Shown piece by piece: positions 25,055 to 38,223 of a stretch of 64,000 bases of DNA; within the stretch, counting starts at the first letter, position 1; every line of letters starts with the position of its first letter. Source of the DNA: the human T2T-CHM13v2.0 reference genome, Homo sapiens; the NCBI RefSeq assembly GCF_009914755.1, contig NC_060927.1; one strand, 5' to 3'. The notes beneath the pieces were generated by a model. That model ran no database searches, was not told the origin of the DNA, and worked only from the letters and a program-made list of their open reading frames with translations. Position numbers and translations under genes: made by a program.

Positions 25055-25586
25055 TTAATTATATATTACTTTGTAACTAAGCACTCCCAAAACAGTTACC
25101 TAAAACAATGTTTTTTTTTGTTTTGCTTTTCTTCATGGATTGTTGGGTCCAGTGGCAGGTTCTTCTTTCCATGTGGTATTGGCTGGAGTTAATCATGCAG
25201 CTGCCTTTAGCTAGGCATGGTGTAGCCGGAAGTCTGGATGTCAGGAAGCCCTGGTTCCTATGTCTCAGAGCTGGTGCTGGCTTTCAGCTAGGCATCAGGT
25301 TGTCTTCCGCATGGCCTGTCTCTTGCCACTAGCTTAGACTTGCTTCCTCACAGCATGGCAGCTGGATTCCAACAGCATGAAAGCAGAAGCTAACAGTCTT
25401 CTGACAGCCCAGATTCAGAACTGGCACAGAATCGCTTTCACCATGTCCTACTGGTCAAAGCAAGTCACAGGGCTAACCCAGATTCCAGCTGAGTGGAAAG
25501 AGTGTTCATCATTTAATGAAAAGAGAGGCATACACAGGTCAGGATGAATGTAATTTTGACATCCTTCATTTGAGACAATTTACCAC
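25055..25586 (-). mobile_element. Old MLT1 (MLT1H/K-like) MaLR LTR
   Basis: 'cttcctcacagcatggcagctggattcca...gaactggcacag...ctactggtcaaagcaagtcacagggctaacccagattc'. Confidence 0.75.
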
Positions 25587-25924
25587 TCATGTGGTATTTC
25601 TTCTGTCACGAACTTGTCACTAGAGGGACAAATGCTATTAAAACTATGTATAGTGAAACCAGGCATAAAACATACTGGATGCTTAACAAACTTTCCCTCC
25701 TAGTAATTCTGATACAAATTGTTTAGTGAAAGTTACTCCAAATTATCTTCTCCCATGCTTGAAATAAATCTTACCCTCTGAGCCGCTCTATGACCTAGAA
25801 GCTAATTTCTCCAGTTTAGTTTGGCACTTTAGTCATTTTCCCAGTTTCCCATTTATTGAAAAGTGTATGTTCTAGGGAAAAGGTGGTTTTTGACCAAGAT
25901 GTAAAAGCAAGAAACCATTTCACC

Positions 25925-25970
25925 TTACTATATTTAGTAGAGATTAAATAATCTCTACTAAATATAGTAA
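25925..25970. repeat. Perfect 22-bp inverted repeat with a 2-nt spacer
   Basis: ttactatatttagtagagatta-aa-taatctctactaaatatagtaa. Confidence 0.97.
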
Positions 25971-26951
25971 AAAAAAGCATAAAGAATGTTTATCCAAACT
26001 TATTAGTTAAAATACTAAATTTAATCTATATGGATTCATCTCTAACCCACAATTAAATATAGCAAATAATCATTAACTATAAGGCATGATAAATTAATAC
26101 CACTTATGTCTTATATGAAAATCTGATCAAACAAATCTTAGTTCTGAAATGTTCTTAATAAAAACATTTATTGTCTCAAGAATATTCTACTTTTAAAAAT
26201 AAAACTCTATCCCTTCTGGCCACATTTTTAAAAAATTAAAAATAAATAAAAAATAAAAGTAAAACTTCATCTAAAACAAAACTCATGATGATGTTTCTTA
26301 TTCTCTGATGTTGTATTATTTGAAAATTGTTTTTCTTTTTTTCCCAAGAAGTATAATAAGGCTAGAAGCATTCAGAGCGACACATTCTGAAGATACACTA
26401 TCTGAAAAGAGACATGAGGAAATTCCTGTGTCTCCAAATGGCAGACTAAACTCACAATGGGGCATGACTTGTTATCACCTGCTGGAATGTTTCAAGTGGC
26501 CTGATTTGACAAGGCAGAGGTGATTTACGGTTAATGTTTTATTTGATTCCAATGTCTAACAATAGAACAGTCACTTCTGTTTATTTGGGCAACAGCAGAA
26601 ATCTGACTTACTATGCAGAATAAATGCCTAGAAGACATAAAACATATTAAACATGTAGAAATAAAGCTCAACCTCATCTATGCCCTTACATTTTATATGT
26701 GGTGAGGGGTGTGAGTGGGAGGTGAAGGTAGGAAGTGTGTATGTGTGTGTGGTATATGCTTGTGTGGTTTGTGTATGTGTATGTGTGTATAAAATACCAG
26801 TATAATTCACAGCAGGGGGAAAAAACCTTTTTTTATTTCAAAAGTTATGTGCATCTAATAAGATTTATTTTTAAATTATGAAATATTTTTCAGATTCTAA
26901 AGACAAAACAATAAAGCACACTTTTAAAATTATCATTTCAGAATGGAACAG

Positions 26952-29204
26952 TGATATTGTTTGGCTCTGTCCCCACCCAAATCTCATCTTGAATTCCCAT
27001 GTGTTGCGAGAGGAACCCAAAGGGAGGTAATTGAATCATGAGGGCAGGTCTTGCCCCTGCTGTTCTTATAACAGTGAATAAGTCTCACGAGATCTGATGG
27101 TTTGAAAAAGGAGAGTTTCCCTGCACTAGTTCTCTTCTCTTGCCTGCCTCGACATGAGATGTGCCTTTCATGTGCCGTGACTGTGAGGCCTCCCCAGCCA
27201 TGTGAAACCGTAAGTCCATCAAACCTCTTTCTTTTGTAAATTGCCCAGTCTTGGGTATGTCTTTATCAGCAGTGTGAAAATGGACTAATACAGAAAATTG
27301 GTAACAGTAAAGTGGGGTGTTGATGAAAAGACACCTGAAATGTGGAAGCAACTTTGGAACTGGGTAACAGGCAGAATTTGGAACAGTTTGGAGGGCTCAG
27401 AAGAAGACAGGAAAATGTGGGAAATTTTGAAACTTCCTAGAGACTTGTTGAATAGCTTTGCCCAAAATGCTGTCCAGGCTGAGGTGTTCTCAGATGGAAA
27501 TGAGGAACTTGTTGGGAACTGGACCAAAGATGACTCATTATGTTTTAGCAAAGAGACTGGTGGCATTCTGCCCCTGTCCTAGAGATGTGTGGAAATTTGA
27601 ACTTGAGGGAGATGATTTAGGGTATCTGACAGAAGAAATTTCTAAGCAGCAAAGCATTCAAGAAGTGACTTGGATACTGTTAAAGCCATTCAGTTTTGTA
27701 AGGAAAGCAGAGCATAAAAGTTCAGAAAATTTGTAGCCTGACAATGCGATGGAAAAGAAGAGCCCATTTTCTGAGGAAAAATTCCAGCTGGCTGCGGAAA
27801 TTTGTGTAAGTAATGAGGAGCCGAATGTTAATCTCCAAGACCATGAGGAAAATGTCTCCAGGGCATGTCAGAGATCTTCATGGAAGCCCCTCCCATCACA
27901 GGTCTGGAGGCCCATGAGGGAAAAATGGTTTTGTGGGTGGGGCCCAGGGTCCCTCTGCTGTGTGCAGTCTAGGGACTTGGTGCCCTGCATTCCAGCCTCC
28001 ACAGCTGTGACTGAAAGGGGTCAAGGTACAGCTTGGGCTGTTTCTTCAGAGGGTGGAAGCCCTAACTCTTGGCAGCTTCCAAATGGTGTTGAGCCTATAA
28101 GTACACAGAAGTCAAGAATTGAGGTTTGGGAACCTCTGCCTAGATTTCAGAGGATGTATGGAAATACCTGAATGCCTAGGCAGAAGTTTGCTGCAAGGGC
28201 AGGGCCCTCATGGAGAACCTCTCCTAGGGCAGTGTGAAAGGGAAATGTGGGGTCAGAGCCCCAACACAGAGTCCCTGTTGGGGCAATGCCTAGTGGAGCT
28301 GTGAGAAGAGGGCCACCGACCTCCAGAATGCAGAATGGTAGACCCACCAACATTTTGCACCTTGCGCCTGGAAAAGCTGCACACACTCAATGTCAGCCCA
28401 TGAAAGCAGCCAGGAGGGAAACTGTATCCTGCAAAGCCACAAGGGTGGAGCTGCCCAAGAACATGGGAACCCACCTCCTGCATCAGCATGATCTGGATAG
28501 GAGACATGGAGTCAAAGGAGATCATTTGGCAGCTTTAATATTTGACTGCCCTGCTGGATTTCAGAGTTGAATGGTGCCTGAAGCCCATTTGTTTTGGCCA
28601 ATTTCTCCCATTTGGAATGGTTGTATTTACCCAATGCCTGTACCCCCATTGTACCTAAGAAGTAACTAACTTGCTTTTGATTTTACAGGCTAATGGGCAG
28701 AAGGGACTTGCCTTGTCTCAGATGAGACTTTGGACTGTGAGTTAATGCTGAAATGAGTTAAGACTCTGGGAGACTGTTTGGAAGGCATGATTGGTTTTGA
28801 AATATGAAGACATGAAATTTAGGAGGGGCTGGGGCAGAATGATATGGTTGGGCTCTGTGTCCCCTCCCAACTTTCATCTTGAATTGTACTCTCATAATTC
28901 CCACGTGTTGTGAGAGAGAGACCTGGTGGGAGGTAATTGAATTATGGGGGCAGTTTCCCCCATATTGTTCTTATGGTAATAAATAAGTCTCATGGGATCT
29001 GATGGTTTTTTAAGGGGTTTCCACTTTTGCTTCTTCCTCATTCTCTTCTCTTGTCTGCTGCCATGTGAGATGTGCCTTTCACCTTCTACCATGGTTGTGA
29101 GGCCTCCCCAGCCATGTGGAACTGTGAAGCCAATAAACTTCTTCCTTTTGTAAACTGCCCAGTCTCAGGTATGTCTTTACCAGCAGCGTGAAAATGGACT
29201 AATA
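26952..29204 (+). mobile_element. Two-LTR THE1 MaLR element: 5' LTR 26952-27292, THE1-int 27293-28839, 3' LTR 28840-29204
   Basis: Both LTRs run 'tgatat(g/t)gtt...tggactaata'. The internal region has 'atgtggaagcaactttggaactgggtaacaggcaga' and a purine tract 'aggaggggctggggcagaa' before the 3' LTR. The internal ORF is broken into pieces (27298-27582, 27458-27736, 27749-28171). Confidence 0.95.
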
Positions 29205-29247
29205 ATGGTAAATTTTTTTTATTGAGATTAGAAAAAAAAAAGTCAAT

Positions 29248-30140
29248 TGTGCTAGGTAGAATGTTGCCCACCCCCACTCCCCTATTCACCCAATATATCG
29301 GTGCCTGAATCCCTGGACCTGTGTGGACATGTTACCTTACACAGGAATGGAGACTTTGTACCAAAAATTAAGGATCATGAGATAGGGAAGATCATCCTGG
29401 ATTATATGAGCGGGCCCTATCTAATCAGATGGGTCTGATTGAAGAATTGAAGAACCATTCTCACTTGTGGCCAGGGAGGGAAATATGATTATGGAAGAAA
29501 TGGCAGAGTAATGTGATATGAAAATTACTCAACCTGCCATTGCTTGCTTTGAAGACAGAGGAGGAAGGATACCAACCAAGGAATGCAACCCCTAAAACAT
29601 GAAAGAGGCGAGAAAACAGACTTTCCCCATAAATTAGTCTAATCTCACACTGCTATAAAGAACTACCTAAGACTGGGTAATTTATGAAGAAAAGAGGTTT
29701 AAATGACTCACAGTTCTACAGATTTAACAGGAAGTGTAACTGCAAGGCCTCAGGAAACTTACAATAATGGCAGAAGCACATTTTACCGTGTGGAGCAGGG
29801 GAGAGAGAGAGAACAAAGGGGGAAGTGCCACACACTTTCAAACAACCAGATCTCGTGAGAATTCACTCACTATCATGAGAATAGCTAAAAGGAAGTCCAC
29901 CCCCATGATTCAATCACCTCCCACTAGGCCCCTCCCCTGGAATGTGAGAATTATAATTCGAGATGAGATTTGGGTGGGGACACAGAGCCAAACCATATCA
30001 ACCCTAGAGCACCCAGAATGGAACAAAGTCCTGATATTATGTTAATTTTCTCTCAGTGAGAGCTACATGAGATTTCTGTTCTATAAAACTGGAAGAAAAT
30101 AAACGTATTGTTTTAAATCACCAAGTTTCTGGTAATTTGT
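29248..30140 (+). mobile_element. MLT1D-like MaLR LTR interrupted by MSTA
   Basis: 'aatccctggacctgtg...gttaccttac...ttaaggatcatgagatagggaagatcatcctggattat...ctcaacctgccattgcttgctttgaagacagagga'. It resumes at ~30001 with 'ccctagagc'. Confidence 0.8.
29630..30000 (-). mobile_element. MSTA MaLR solo LTR
   Basis: 'ctcacactgctataaagaactacct...gggggaagtgccacacactttcaaacaaccagatctcgtgaga...acacagagccaaaccatatca'. Confidence 0.9.
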
Positions 30141-30659
30141 TTCTTTCCTGCACCTCTCCCCACCCCCACCAGGCCCACAGCTTTGAGGTATGATTTGTTA
30201 CAATAGTTACAACACATGGCTCTTTCCTTTCTTTGTAATTCTTGCACAGTTTAATTCTAGGCTGTTTTTGTGAACAATTATTTAAATTATTTATACACAA
30301 GGCTATAATCAACTATCCCTGAAGATACATAAAATATTTAGGCAGTGCCAACCTTCAGATTGTTTTTACATTTTATATATTCTAATAATTTATCTATGTT
30401 GAAACCAATCTATTGATAAATCAAAATTGCTTAAGTGAATTCAAACTTCAACTCTTAATGCATTTATTTTAATTGTATTTGTTTCAAAGCACAGTAAACT
30501 TCCTACCTTTACTACTACTTTTTTTCCTTTCAGTAATAATATGGTAAATACTGTCATGGCTTAATAAAGGGTTATATCTACCTCTGTCTTCTTCTCTACT
30601 AACATCCTAATTTTGAAGCAGGTAGAACCTAACTTTGACCAGTTTCAGAGAATGGTTTA

Positions 30660-31068
30660 CGATTAGATTAAAACCATCAGTACTATGGCCCTATGCTGCT
30701 TGCCTGTGATGGGTCTAGAGTCAGATATATACCTAGTTGTGGCAAACAATATTCAAGAGGAAATCATTTAGGAGACTTTTCATTTCCAGAAAAGTTTTGC
30801 AGCCTACTTGTCACCTATGGATGAAATGCTGATGTCATGAGCCATAGTCACTATCTTTTTTTTATAAGGAGAGATGAGCACAAACCCAAAAGGCCTACAT
30901 GGCCAGCATAGAGGAGTAGAAGGATAGAGAGACCTGCTTTGGACTGCCAACCATGGTCTTATTTATTAAGTAATTAAATGACTGCTTTCAATAAGTTAAA
31001 ACTTTTAACATAAGTTACTATTCATCTGGCCTCTGCTACTTACAGCCAAACACATGTTAACTGACATA
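30660..31068 (+). mobile_element. Old MLT1 (MLT1J/K-like) LTR fragment
   Basis: 3' end 'ctgctacttacagccaaacacatgttaactgacata' and internal 'gtagaaggatagagagacctg'. Confidence 0.5.
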
Positions 31069-31480
31069 GGTAGGAAGTTATTTCTTTAGACACTAATATA
31101 AACACGAGTAGTCACAAACAAACCTTTAAGTTAAAAAAAGATCTTATCTGTGGTTGTATCTACATTGGAGACTAAATAGGTTATAAAAATTAAAACAGAC
31201 AAGAAAACAAATCAGGGCTTTGGTAAATATTTGGAGTTCTCAAAAAACATTTTTTTCTACTACAGGAATATTTGAGCCAAACTCAATTTATGAATTTTCT
31301 TTAAGTTTTGTAGCAGATTCAGTGTTACTTATTAATTGGCTAGTGATTAATACTAATTGTTCAATACAGCACACAAAGAAATATACTGTTCTAAACTGCT
31401 CTGTTTAGTTAAGATTGTTATGAGATGTAGACATGCCAAAATTCAGGGTCTGCTGTTACATGTATGTATATAATAAAGGG

Positions 31481-31486
31481 TTTATT

Positions 31487-31541
<55 letters not shown>

Positions 31542-31545
31542 TTTT
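31481..31545. repeat. (ATTT)n tetranucleotide microsatellite
   Basis: Direct reading of the sequence. Confidence 0.97.
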
Positions 31546-32163
31546 GCTCCCATTACAAAAGTCATGGTGGACACTCAGATAACAAAAGGCAGGTTATCCA
31601 GGTTATCCAGAAGAAAGCAAAACAAATTTACTGAATAAAGTTTTGTATGACACCAAGCCTTTAGAAATGAAGACCCAAAGACCCAGGGAAAACTATTTTT
31701 ATGCTTAGGTTTTATGAAGGATGGACAGCTATGTAGATATGTGGTTGGACAAAAAGTATATGCTCTAATGATGACAAACTCAGGGAAGTTCAGCAAGGCC
31801 TATTTGTTCAGATTCTTCTTGGCCTGTGTAACATTCCTTCCCCAAGTATGGGACAGGACTCTGCTGTATTGAGGGTCATGTGGCCTTATAATAATGAAAG
31901 TATTCAAGGGAGGTAGGGCAGAGAGTGACCTCTCTTGGTTTTATGGTTTGCTTTGGGAGAGAAGAGTTCTAGTTGACTCACCATGAGAAAGGGGAATTCT
32001 AGTTTCTATAACCTACTTAATGGGAAAAAGGAAAAAGACAAAAGGAGGGTTGGGAGAAGGTGAAAGAGAAATTCTTGCTTCTGAGGTCCTTTCAATCTTC
32101 AATTCAAAGTACTCAGCATGCCAAAGCACCACATCAGGGGTATTGTGTTCTGAGCCCCACCAC
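31546..32163 (-). mobile_element. ERV1 solo LTR of the MER31/MER67/MER34 group
   Basis: The reverse strand begins 'tggggctcagaacacaataccc...gtgctttggcatgctgagtactttgaa'. It shares the 'gggtctttgggtcttcatttc' motif with the MER31 copies. Confidence 0.65.
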
Positions 32164-32235
32164 GACAGTACTTCTACACTGTCATCCCCAATCCTCCCTA
32201 CCTACTCAACCGTAGCCACCATCAACTCTCATTTT

Positions 32236-32443
32236 GTTTTAAGTTTCAGGATACATGTGCAGAACGTGCAGGTTTGTTACATAGGTATACATGTGCCGTG
32301 GTAGTTTGCTGCATCTATCAACCTATTATCTAGGTTTTAAGCCCCCCATGCATTAGGTATTGGTCCTAATGCTCTCCCTCCCCTTGCCCCCTACCCCCCA
32401 ACAGGCCTCAGTGTGTGTTGTTCACCTCCCTGTGTCCATGTGT
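32236..32443 (-). mobile_element. 5'-truncated L1PA (L1PA8-like) 3' end
   Basis: 'atacatgtgcagaacgtgcaggtttgttacataggtatacatgtgcc...ctaggttttaagccc'. TSD catcaactctcatttt / catgaactctcatttt. Confidence 0.92.
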
Positions 32444-32495
32444 CATGAACTCTCATTTTTTCCTAATTCTGTCTACACCCCTCTCCTCCAAATCC

Positions 32496-32767
32496 TTTTT
32501 TTTTTTTTCCTGAGATGGAGTCTTGCTGTGTCACCCAGGATAGAGGGCAGTTGTGCGATCTCGGCTCGCTGCAGCCTCTCCCTCCCAGGCTCAGCTATTC
32601 TCCGGCCTCAGCCTCCCGAGTTGCTAGGATTACAGGCATGTACCACCACAGCCAGCTAGGGTTTTGCTGTGTTGGCAAGGGTGGTCTTGAACTCCTGATC
32701 TCAAGTGAACCACCCACTTCAGCTTCCCAAAGTGCTGGGATTACAGGTGTGAGCGACCGCGCCTGCC
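32496..32767 (-). mobile_element. AluS with the central A-rich linker deleted
   Basis: Reverse Alu that lacks 'atttttgtatttttagtagagac'. TSD-like ccaaatcctttt on both sides. Confidence 0.93.
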
Positions 32768-32957
32768 TCCCCAAATCCTTTTCTAAGAAGGACAATGTGT
32801 TTGTTGGTATTGTATAGTATCATTATAAGACAAGCATGTGGTTAAAGCAATTTGATAAATAAGTTTCAACAGAAAATATGTTTTCCATCAGAGCCTTTGG
32901 CGAAATTGCAAAATAGATTAAGTTTGTGTTGGGTGCCCTTGGCTGGCCCCTTCCTTT

Positions 32958-33088
32958 TTAGATCTATCTATCTAGATAGATAGATATAGATCTATTCTGC
33001 AATTTTGCAAAATGTTTTATCTATATAGATTTAGATGGATAGATAGATTCAAATATAGATCTCTATATAGACTGATAGATGATAGATT
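32958..33088. repeat. Degenerate (TAGA/TCTA)n low-complexity tract with internal palindromes
   Basis: TCTA and TAGA runs occur in both orientations. Confidence 0.85.
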
Positions 33089-35068
33089 TTAAACTCCAAC
33101 CTTTTTCCCTTCCTCTGACTTTCGACACTGTTTTCTCTGTTGAAGATCCAACAACCCTCTCCTCACATGAAAAGTGCTTGCTAGTCTTCTCATTTCTGCA
33201 ACTGATATCATTTGAGAAGAAAATAATTTAAATTCATTCATATTAGAGAATGACTGGCTGATAGGCTCAACTACCCCTATAATTATTTTTATTTTAAAAC
33301 AAGGAGATTATTAACCTAAATTACACTCATTAGAGAAGCAGCTGGCATATAGGACAAAGTTTCAGTCTAAGCTGTCTGTATGAAACTGACCGCCATGTCA
33401 CTCATTCTAACCATGACTCACTTCTGTCATCTTTGAAAACACCAGTTTGAATTAGAAAAGTGTTAGTGCTTCTGAAAAATTTCAACATACTATGATTCTT
33501 TGCATAAGGAGGAGAATAATTTTGAATCAGGGGACCTCTTTATTATGTCTTGTCTAGAACACGTAGGAATAATCTGGCAAATGGGTTCTACAAATTTTCT
33601 TAACTTCAATCAAAAGATGATAAAACTAAACATTTTTAAATAAATATGTTTTTACCAATAAAGAAAATTCTCACAGCCAAGTTTTTCTGCTTGGGAATTG
33701 CCTCTCCAAGAGAGTTTTTGAGATATTACCACATAGAGAATGAATAAAGAAAGATTTATGTGGTGGACGATATTTGATCATTGTGTTCATTTATTCTTTT
33801 AGAACAAACTTTAGCAATGTCAGAACCATTTGACGGGTGTGAAAGACTAGCAGCTGTAGAAACACACATTCGGCTGGAAGAAGCCACACATGTAGCCCCA
33901 CCTGCTTGTAGAAGGCACAGGTCCACATTGAAAACTGGAAACTTTCACTATAACCTATGCTTTTTCTTTGAAATTTGACTTGCTACTATGTCCTAAGTAA
34001 GCAATGACAGGAACTAAGGCTAGCATTCCTCTTTCAAGCAAAGTCTATTTCAGTTATGAAAAGGCAAAAAAAAAAAATTGTCTCAATTTTAATTGGCCAG
34101 ATTTGCCATCCGTCTATTGCGTGTGCTGAAAGGTTACCAAATGAAGAAAAGCTGCAGTAAATTCAAGTTATCGCTCAGATAATTGCTATAGCACTTTAAC
34201 TGCAATTTTAAGTGAAGTGCTATTAATAAAAAGGCTTGTGACAAGGAAAGTTTATTTTAGAGTGGTATGATACAATTTGGGGTGATGCTGGAGTTCGAGA
34301 GTGAGGTGTTAGACTATCTAGAAAGCAAGAAATAATTTGCATTTGGGAGAATTTGAAAATAATTGAGATCAGTCAAGAAGTACAGATAACAGGGAATTTC
34401 AGTGTTTTTACAATATATCATTTCTCCTGCAGCATTCTCACTACTAAATAGCTGGGATAAAAGTTTTAAAACATAATTTACATCATAATAGGGAGTTTAG
34501 AGGTATATAGAATTTAAATTTAATCTGAAACTCATGTATGGCAGAATCTTAGTATTGAGTTGATACATTTTTACAGAATGGTTCAAAAGGTTAGAACCAC
34601 ATTAGTTCTTACCTAAAATAAAACAATTGATCCTTGACTTTGCATACATTTCTGGTATACATTCTAAGTTCTTCAAACACCCTTTAAACATATCCTATGG
34701 CATATTTTATGCAATATATTTGAATGCTAAGTTTTTGAGTGTTTTTTCTAAGATATCATTTGCATGAAGAAAATATTAACAGCCAAAATCTCAATCCAAT
34801 TCCCGTTACAGTCAAGATCTTTATCCAATTTTCTATTAATCAAAATTTGAGATTATCTACCCATTTCAACATATAACATTAGAAGATACATATGTTAGAT
34901 GATAGATACTTGATACCCACCCTGGGGGTATAAATGGAAAAATAAAACACAAAGTAAGACTATTCTATTTTTATATAAAAGTGATTTTTTTTATTTGGGC
35001 CTATTGCTTTCTTTGTGACAGGCTGCCTTCCTAATGTTACAACCATGTAGATAACTAAATATGTGTAA

Positions 35069-35480
<412 letters not shown>

Positions 35481-36061
35481 CATCATTGTCTTTCTTGTTG
35501 AAGAAAAGGTGTATTGCCATTTGCTTCCCATGACACTCATTTGCACACTGCCATGGCTCCCATCAATGCTGTGACTTTTCTCCTGGACATCAGCATGCCT
35601 TTCATTATTTGGCTCACTGTCAAGACTCTGAACATACACAGTAGAGCTTACCCAAAAGAACTTCAGTCTTCCCTTCTTTGCTCACCATGATCTGGCTGTG
35701 TTTTAAGATTTCAGTTCATTGTAACTGTAGGCGGTAATGTAACATTTGAAGGAAATAATGGTCATCTACTTATGAAACTGCAAACAGCTACTATGATAGG
35801 TTCAAAATACAGGCATTGCTGTTAGGCGATTATTTTAAGCTTATTGTTAGTGCAGTGAAGACTCTACACTTTATCTCCCTGCCTAGAGGTGAATGTGCTA
35901 ACATTTTGTACTTTCTTTGTTGCTCATCAAATCACAGAGTATCTTTTGTTTAAAGCACAGAATTCCATAGCAACTTTCATCTCTGCATTACTAATCACCT
36001 TGAAGACCTGCAAGCTTTACTGTTATACATGGGACCAGTTCACAGTAATTCCTTTTTCCAA

Positions 36062-36230
36062 AGTTTTACAAAGCATGTTTTAATATTCCTATCTCATTTG
36101 ATCTTCAAAAGAACTCTATTTCTATCCCCACTTCATGTGTGAAAAGTGACAAGACTTGCCTATTGCTACAATCTAGGAAGTGTTAGCACAAGTACAGCAC
36201 AGTTCTCTATCCTGATAAAATGCTTTTTTC
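36062..36230 (-). mobile_element. MIR/MIR3 fragment
   Basis: 'ctatctcatttgatcttca...tatccccact...gacttgcct'. Confidence 0.55.
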
Positions 36231-36645
36231 AGCATGTAAATCTGTCTATCTGAGCTGCTCAGTACTTCATGTTTAGCTGATGTAAAATTCATGGCATTTA
36301 ACTGACCCTACACATTAGTTCATGCTTTTATGCACATCATCTTCAGTGCCCTGTACGGGAGACGCTACTTGCCAGCATACAGTGGTTTCTGGCTTATTTT
36401 CACAGGCTTCTGAAGACAATTATAGCCTAATGACTCAAGAGTTTCCCAGAGCTGGAATTCTTTTCCAAAATGAGTTAACCAGATCCCTTTTATGCATGGC
36501 TGCATGAAATGAAATGAAAACAGAAGATGACCATTTTTCATTTTCCTGTTCAGATTCTGATCTGTAAGTACTCCCTGAGATCCTACTACGGGCCAGATGC
36601 CAGTTTATGTGTTCTTAGATATGATTCCTTGATAATATATAACCT

Positions 36646-36648
<3 letters not shown>

Positions 36649-36699
<51 letters not shown>
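36649..36699. repeat. (CA)n microsatellite
   Basis: Direct reading of the sequence. Confidence 0.98.
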
Positions 36700-36700
<1 letters not shown>

Positions 36701-37179
36701 CATGTGAGATACTTAACATATAACCTCTGGCTGGCCTCAAACCCCCTTCTGACCTCGTCTCTGAGTTTTGCTGTCTTCTTCAAAAAGAGAAACTTGCTTA
36801 CCCATTGCTGAAGCTCAGGTTTACTGATGCTGAATGTTTTATAAATCCGATAAATACAATTCAGAAGTTTTGATGTTGATCTTTTTTTCTCTCTTATCTG
36901 TCAGGCTGCAGAGATCAGAAGCACTCTTGCATGGGGGTCAAGAGGCACATTGCCTGTCAATGTCTTCATGGTTGATGATACAGTCTTCAAACCAAAAAGA
37001 AATATGTTCAAGTGTTGCCAGGAAAATAAATACAGGACTTTAATGCCACAAGAGTCATATTTTTGACCTGTTTCTCTTAATAATCTTAATCAAATACATA
37101 TGACTACATGTGTATATTTTCCTAAAATGTATAATCTCTGAGTAATATCTTTAAGGATTGTGATAGATTATACTCATAT

Positions 37180-37886
37180 CTTAGAAAGATAGCTCTAATA
37201 GTTTGAGGAATGAATTGGGGAATATAGAAACAGGATGTTGTTGCAATAATCTAAACAAAATAATAGGGCCTCAAATAGCACAGAAGCAATGAGAACACTG
37301 AGCAGCTAAAAAAAAAAAATGGTAGTTTTCCAGGTAGATCTTGATTAGGGGTTAAATAAGGGTTGATATTTCAAGACTTTTAGTTGATACACTTAAGAGA
37401 AAATTATGTAATTAGCATGGACAACAAATACATGAAGAAAACTAGTTTAGATCCAAGATTACCTTGGGATACTTTGAAACATCTGTATTGGATGATAGTG
37501 GTCAAGAACTGGTCAAGGGTGATGATGTGGGGTCAACCACGTTTATACCAGAAAGAAAGTCAGGGGCATGTGGAGGATAAGAGAAGGCTAAGGGCCAAAA
37601 ATAAAATCCTAAAGAATTACAACACTTAAAGACTGAAGGGAGAGCCAAAGAAAGAATCTGCAGAAAGATTCTGATAGCTAGGAGGAGAGGAAGAGTGCTA
37701 GTAAAAGAAGCTAAAGAGAGATTTTTTTAAAAATGTTAAATGCTACCAACTGCAATTAAGAAAAATTACTAAAAAGCATGATTTAGATTTAAAAGGGTTT
37801 TCCCAGGCAACTAACAGAAAGTAGTTTATTTAGAGTGACCAAAACAGAAGGCAGATTGCAAGGAACTGGGGAATGGAAGGAAGACT
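37180..37886 (-). mobile_element. L2 fragment, degraded
   Basis: Purine-rich L2-like text 'gagaaggctaagggcc...atgttaaatgctacc...cagaaggcagattgcaagg...gggaatggaagg'. Confidence 0.55.
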
Positions 37887-37902
37887 AAGAAGTGACGACA
37901 GC

Positions 37903-38223
<321 letters not shown>

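Noticed and set aside
27298-28570. ORFs such as MWKQLWNWVTGR... and MEKKSPFSEEKF...
   Set aside because: These are fragments of the decayed THE1-int MaLR ORF, broken by stops and frameshifts.
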